Below, one piece after another: positions 59,906 to 64,000 of a DNA stretch of 64,000 bases (position 1 is its first letter; the number at the start of each line of letters is the position of its first letter). Position numbers and translations under genes: made by a program. The DNA lies in NCBI GenBank assembly GCA_963851265.1, contig CAWKNZ010000007.1, positions 320,001-384,000 of the forward strand, read 5' to 3'. Below the pieces are notes generated by a model. It made no database searches, had not been told where the DNA came from, and worked only from the letters and a program-made list of their open reading frames with translations. The stretch comes from an uncultured Gemmatimonadales bacterium (GTDB lineage Bacteria; Gemmatimonadota; Gemmatimonadetes; Gemmatimonadales; Gemmatimonadaceae).

Positions 59906-60952
59906 ATGCCGACCGCCCGACCGCACGTCCGCCGTCCCGTCCCACACGGCGCGGGTCCGCGCGCCACGTTAGGCGTTTGCGCCGCCGTCTCGCTCGCGGC
60001 GTGCGCGGCCAGGGCCGGCGCGCAGATGTCGGCCGGCATGACCGCGGCGACCGCGACCAGCCAGCTCTGCGAGCGCGCGATGGACGGTACGCGCTTCCCC
60101 GACGCGAAGGCCCGCATGGAGACGATGGCCGCCGACGCGACGTCGAAGGACGCCGCATTCGCCCGCGGGTGCCTGTTCATGGGTGAGGAGCAGTACGACA
60201 AGGCGTCGGCCGCGTTCGAGCGCGCGGTCGCGTCGGACCAGGCGAGCGCGGCGTACCACTTCCAGCTCGGGCAGGCGTACGGCTCGCGCGCGCAACACGT
60301 CAACGTGTTCCGCCAGGCGATCCTCGCGCGCAAGACGAAGGCGGAGTTCGACCGCGCCGTCGCACTCGACCCCGACCTCATCGACGCGCGCGTCGGTCTC
60401 CTCTCGTACTACCTCTACGCGCCGGGCATCGTAGGCGGAAGCCTCGAGAACGCGCGCGCGCAGGCCGCCGAGATCCGCAAGCGGAACGCGTACCGCGGGG
60501 GCGTCGCCTACGTCCAGATCGCCACCCACGAGAAGGACCGCGTGGGCGCCGCTCGCGAGCTGGAAGCGCTCACGCGGGCGTTCCCCGACAGCACCACGCC
60601 GTACGTCGGCCTCGCCACCGGGTACGGCGAGCGCGGGCTCTGGCCCGACGCCTGGGCGGTCGCGGACCGGATGGCCCGCGTGGTGCCCAACGCGCCCGTC
60701 GCGCAGTACCTCGTCGGGCGCCTGGCGGGCGAGTCGGGCCAGCAACTCGACCGAGGCGTGGCGGCGCTCACGCAGTACCTCCAGACGGCGCCGCGCGAGG
60801 GCGACCCGCCGCTCGCGGTGGCCCACTGGCGGCTCGGCGTCGTGTACGAACGTCAGGCGAAGAAGGACGCAGCCCGCTCCGAATACGAGAGCGCACTCCG
60901 CCTCGACCCCAAGCTGAAGAGCGCGCGCGACGCGCTCGACAAGCTGCGCTGA
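59906..60952 (+). CDS. Secreted tetratricopeptide repeat protein
   Basis: Signal peptide; TPR-like helices (YHFQLGQAYG, AHWRLGVVYE, ALRLDP). Confidence 0.82.
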   Translation: MPTARPHVRRPVPHGAGPRATLGVCAAVSLAACAARAGAQMSAGMTAATATSQLCERAMDGTRFPDAKARMETMAADATSKDAAFARGCLFMGEEQYDKASAAFERAVASDQASAAYHFQLGQAYGSRAQHVNVFRQAILARKTKAEFDRAVALDPDLIDARVGLLSYYLYAPGIVGGSLENARAQAAEIRKRNAYRGGVAYVQIATHEKDRVGAARELEALTRAFPDSTTPYVGLATGYGERGLWPDAWAVADRMARVVPNAPVAQYLVGRLAGESGQQLDRGVAALTQYLQTAPREGDPPLAVAHWRLGVVYERQAKKDAARSEYESALRLDPKLKSARDALDKLR

Positions 60953-60958
60953 CGCGAG

Positions 60959-61675
60959 GTGGACGACGCTGCGGCACGCGCCGACGAGTACCGTTTCCCG
61001 TCCACCATCGAGTCGGCCACGGCGGAGCAGCAGCGTCTGCGCGCGCGTGTCGTCCTCGCACCGCCGCTCGGGTTCGCGCCGCGGCTCGTCGCCGGGCTCG
61101 ACGTCAGCATGGAGCGCGACGGCGACGTGGCGTACGCCGGGATCGTCGTGCTCGCGCTCCCGGACCTCGACACCGTAGCGGAGGCGACCGCGGTCTCGCC
61201 GATCCGGATGCCGTACGTACCCGGGTACCTCTCGTTCCGCGAACTGCCCGCGCTCGCGGCCGCGTACGCCGTTCTCCGCGAGCGCGGCGTGCGCCCGGAC
61301 GTCCTCGTCTTCGACGGGCAGGGCTACGCGCACCCGCGCCGGTTCGGTATCGCGTGCCACGGCGGGCTCGTGTTCGACACGCCGTCAGTTGGCTGCGCGA
61401 AGTCGATCCTCGTCGGCACGCACGGCCCGCTGAGCGAGGAGCGCGGCGCGCGCGCTCCGCTGGTGCACCGGCGCGAGGCAGTGGGGGACGCCGTGCGGCT
61501 GCGCGCGAACGTGCAGCCGGTCTACGTGTCGCCCGGCCACCTGATGGACCGCGACACGGCTGTCGCGATCGTCGAGGACGTCAGCGCCGGCTTCCGCGAG
61601 CCCGAAACGACGCGCCGCGCGCACCGGCTCGTCAACGCGGTGCGCACGGGCACGCGGGCGGCCGACGCGGGCTGA
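60959..61675 (+). CDS. nfi: Endonuclease V
   Basis: AGLDVS, PYVPGYLSFRE, FDGQGYAHPRRFGIACH, GCAKS, YVSPGH. Confidence 0.93.
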   Translation: MDDAAARADEYRFPSTIESATAEQQRLRARVVLAPPLGFAPRLVAGLDVSMERDGDVAYAGIVVLALPDLDTVAEATAVSPIRMPYVPGYLSFRELPALAAAYAVLRERGVRPDVLVFDGQGYAHPRRFGIACHGGLVFDTPSVGCAKSILVGTHGPLSEERGARAPLVHRREAVGDAVRLRANVQPVYVSPGHLMDRDTAVAIVEDVSAGFREPETTRRAHRLVNAVRTGTRAADAG

Positions 61676-61693
61676 CGCGCGGCCCCCGCCGAC

Positions 61694-63589
61694 TCAGAAG
61701 CTGCTCAGGACGCTGTCGTCCTCGTCGAACGGGATCAGCGTCGCGGCCGTGGTCGGCCCACTGCGACGGTCGTACCGCCCCGCTGCCCGCGCGCTTCTGC
61801 CCGCCGACGCGATGTCACGGACCGGAGCCGTACCGGTGGTGCTCGCGGAGCGGCGCGCGACCGAGGCGGAACGCGGGGCCTCCGGACGCCTTGTCGGCGA
61901 CGGCGGGGTGCCCGCCGTGCGCGGCGCAGTCCCGAGATCGAACGTGCTCACCGTTGCCTGCATCTGCGCCGCCTGAGCCGCGAGCTCCTCCGCCGCCGCC
62001 GAGCTCTCCTCCGCGTTGGCCGCGTTACGCTGGGTGACCGAATTCATCTGATCGAGCGCCGCGTTGAGCTGCCGCACGCCGTCCGCCTGCTGTTCGGCCG
62101 CGGCCGCGATCTCCGCGACGAGTGCGGTCGTCTCACCGACCTTCCGCGTGATCTGTTCGAATTGCGATGCGACCTCGGCCCCGCGTCCGACGCCCGCATC
62201 GATCTGTTTCACCGTCCCGCCGATCACCGTCGCGGTCTCGCGCGCCGCGGCGCTGGACCGAAGAGCCAGCGCGCGTACCTCTTCCGCGACCACGGCGAAG
62301 CCGCGGCCGGCGTCGCCGGCGCGCGCGGCCTCGACCGCCGCGTTCAAGGCGAGCAGGTTGGTCTGGAAGGCGATCTCCTCGATCGTCTTCGTGATCGCGG
62401 CCGTCTGATCCGCGCTCACCTTGATCTCGGCGAGCGCGGTGCTGAGCGAGCGCATCTCGGCGATGCCGCGTTCGGTGGCGGCCTGCGTGCTCGCGGAACT
62501 CGTCCGCGCCTCCTGCGCGTTCCCGGCCGACTGTGCCGCCATGCTCGCCAGCTCGGTGACGCTGGACGCGGCCTCCTCGAGATTCGACGCCTGCTCGCTC
62601 GCACCGTGGGCGAGAACCTCGCTCCCCGAGGCGATCTGGCCCGCGGCGGCGGCGACCTGTTGTGCTGCCTCCTGCACCTCGCCGAGCGCGGTCCGGACGC
62701 TCGTACGCGCTTCAAGAAAGCTCAAGATGATCCCCTGCGTGCGGGAGATGAGCGAGTTGACGGCCGTCGAAAGTTCGCCGACCTCGTCGGACGACGTCAC
62801 CTCGATCTGCGTGGTCGTCGCTTGCAGGACGACGCGATCGCTCAGGTCACCAGCAGCGAGAGCCTCCATTCCGCGGCCGAGCCCCGCGATACAGTTGTCG
62901 GCGAGGCGCTGCGTACGGTCGAGAACCTCGAGGATCGGGCGCGTGACGGACCGGGCGATGAGTCTCGCCAGCGCGATGCCCAGCGCCAGGCAGCACACGA
63001 TCGCGGCGACGAGTACCGTACGCGTGGTCGTGTAGGTCGCGTCGGCGAGGGCGCTTGCCCTGAGCGCACCGGCGTGGTTGATGGCGATGATCCTGGCCGA
63101 TGCGTCGCTCTCTGCCCGGTAGAGTCTGGCCGACGTGCCGAGCATCATCGCGGACGCTTCCGCGTTCTTGTTCGCGCGCGAGAGCGCGCGCACGTCGTTC
63201 CAACTGGTCATGTACGACGTCCACGCGGTCGAGAACGCCTCGTATGCGGCGCGCTCCTCGGGCGAGGTGATCAGCGGCTCGTACTCCCGACGCACGACGG
63301 CCAGCGTGTCCAGCTTGCGGGCGAGGTCGCGCTCCACCGAGGCCATCGCCGTGTCCGAGGTCGTCGTGATGTGCCGGTACTGATCGAGCCGCACGTCCGC
63401 CGTGAGCGCGGCGATCTGCCCCGCCTTCTCGAGGCTCGGCAGCCAGTTCGTCGCGATGTCGGAGGACTGGTCGTTCACGACGCGCAGCCGGTTGACCGCG
63501 AACGCGCCGAGGACGACCAGCAGGGAGAGGACGACGCCGAAGCTGACGAGGAGCTTCGCGCGGAGGCGAAGGTCGCGGAACCGGAGCAT
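61694..63589 (-). CDS. Methyl-accepting chemotaxis protein (four-helix-bundle sensor, HAMP)
   Basis: Two TM helices flanking NWLPS-type 4HB sensor; [37 protein letters not shown]. Confidence 0.95.
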   Translation of the reverse strand: MLRFRDLRLRAKLLVSFGVVLSLLVVLGAFAVNRLRVVNDQSSDIATNWLPSLEKAGQIAALTADVRLDQYRHITTTSDTAMASVERDLARKLDTLAVVRREYEPLITSPEERAAYEAFSTAWTSYMTSWNDVRALSRANKNAEASAMMLGTSARLYRAESDASARIIAINHAGALRASALADATYTTTRTVLVAAIVCCLALGIALARLIARSVTRPILEVLDRTQRLADNCIAGLGRGMEALAAGDLSDRVVLQATTTQIEVTSSDEVGELSTAVNSLISRTQGIILSFLEARTSVRTALGEVQEAAQQVAAAAGQIASGSEVLAHGASEQASNLEEAASSVTELASMAAQSAGNAQEARTSSASTQAATERGIAEMRSLSTALAEIKVSADQTAAITKTIEEIAFQTNLLALNAAVEAARAGDAGRGFAVVAEEVRALALRSSAAARETATVIGGTVKQIDAGVGRGAEVASQFEQITRKVGETTALVAEIAAAAEQQADGVRQLNAALDQMNSVTQRNAANAEESSAAAEELAAQAAQMQATVSTFDLGTAPRTAGTPPSPTRRPEAPRSASVARRSASTTGTAPVRDIASAGRSARAAGRYDRRSGPTTAATLIPFDEDDSVLSSF

Positions 63590-63840
63590 GAGGATGTGTT
63601 GGAGTTCGCCGCTGGTGCGGTTCGACGGACGCTGACATCGCGCGGAAATTGTCTGTTCGGAGACGCGCGCTCCGGTTCACCCGTCACGTCGCCGATCGAC
63701 GACCCGCCGACCTGACCAGTCCCTCGGTCCCGTCCGGACCGCGCGACGGGCGCTCGACGGGCGGCGCTGGGACGTACGGAGAGGACGGCGCGCGTCTATT
63801 CTGCTACACGCCGAGACCGACGCGTTCACCCACCGTACCG

Positions 63841-64000
63841 ATGCCATTCATCACTTCAATCCGGCCGTTCGTTTCTGTTTTCGTGCTGACGGTCGCGGTC
63901 TGCGCCGCGACGCGCGGTGCCGCGCAGCCGTCGCCCGCGGTGCCGGTCGCACCGCGCCCGGGGGTGGGTCCGCTCGGACCGTCGGGCGCGCCGTACGCCA
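63841..64000 (+). CDS. Probable secreted protein, 3'-truncated by window edge
   Basis: MPFITSIRPFVSVFVLTVAVCAATRGAAQP signal-like start, frame open to end of window. Confidence 0.45.
   Translation, partial: MPFITSIRPFVSVFVLTVAVCAATRGAAQPSPAVPVAPRPGVGPLGPSGAPYA

Larger units (their letters stand above)
13940..59974. repeat. Dispersed motif (C/T)GTTAGGC, 18 copies
   Basis: GTTAGGC on + at 13940, 24858, 26325, 28021, 28426, 29878, 34093, 37016, 38924, 40579, 45020, 58324, 59558, 59968; GCCTAAC at 31371, 34698, 51630, 54453 (hand count). Confidence 0.8.

Noticed and set aside
13940..59974. GTTAGGC/GCCTAAC as integron attC core sites (GTTRRRY/RYYYAAC)
   Set aside because: Copies lie inside housekeeping genes, no inverse-core/core pairs within about 60-140 bp, no cassette-like array and no integrase in the window
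24858..59974. bldA-like translational control by rare TTA codons as the explanation of the motif
   Set aside because: The fixed flanking context and the antisense, intergenic and stop-spanning copies are not explained by a codon-level mechanism; cannot be fully excluded as a side effect
3057..63715. Many long alternative-frame and antisense ORFs (e.g. 9281..11959, 12377..14659, 34153..36909, 45690..47969)
   Set aside because: R/A/G/P-rich translations with no motifs, expected from stop-codon scarcity at high GC, each overlapping a well-supported gene
63590..63840. Riboswitch upstream of the MCP
   Set aside because: No recognisable c-di-GMP or other riboswitch consensus by eye; needs an Rfam scan
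1..64000. tRNA, rRNA, IS elements, prophage or defence islands
   Set aside because: No such motifs or proteins recognised; intergenic spaces are short and genes are mostly housekeeping

Overview
64 kb of very GC-rich (roughly 72-73% by eye) bacterial chromosome. Gene content and style (PEP-CTERM protein, many Ala-rich secreted proteins and lipoproteins, fadI/fadJ, S9 and M14 peptidases) suggest Gemmatimonadota; this is an inference. About 56 CDS can be supported, mostly housekeeping or metabolic (acyl-CoA dehydrogenase, GH13, CaCA exchanger, RecQ, msrPQ, sucA, NDH-2, greA, glpD, fadIJ, ProDH, rsgA, nfi, an MCP). No rRNA, tRNA, CRISPR array, transposase or prophage was recognised. Most notable: (1) a non-palindromic motif (C/T)GTTAGGC occurs 18 times (hand count), in both orientations and in several reading frames, and forces rare TTA/CTA/CCT codons into core genes, which looks like a DNA-level signal of unknown function; (2) a four-gene ECF sigma module with a membrane-anchored glycogen-binding (CBM48-like) putative anti-sigma and a beta-rich exported protein carrying a second CBM48-like domain; (3) a secreted methionine-rich low-complexity protein just downstream of msrPQ; (4) at least ten genes with a TAnnnT box 5-8 nt before the start codon, consistent with widespread leaderless transcription. 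All calls are by eye from translations and motifs; no database search was run.
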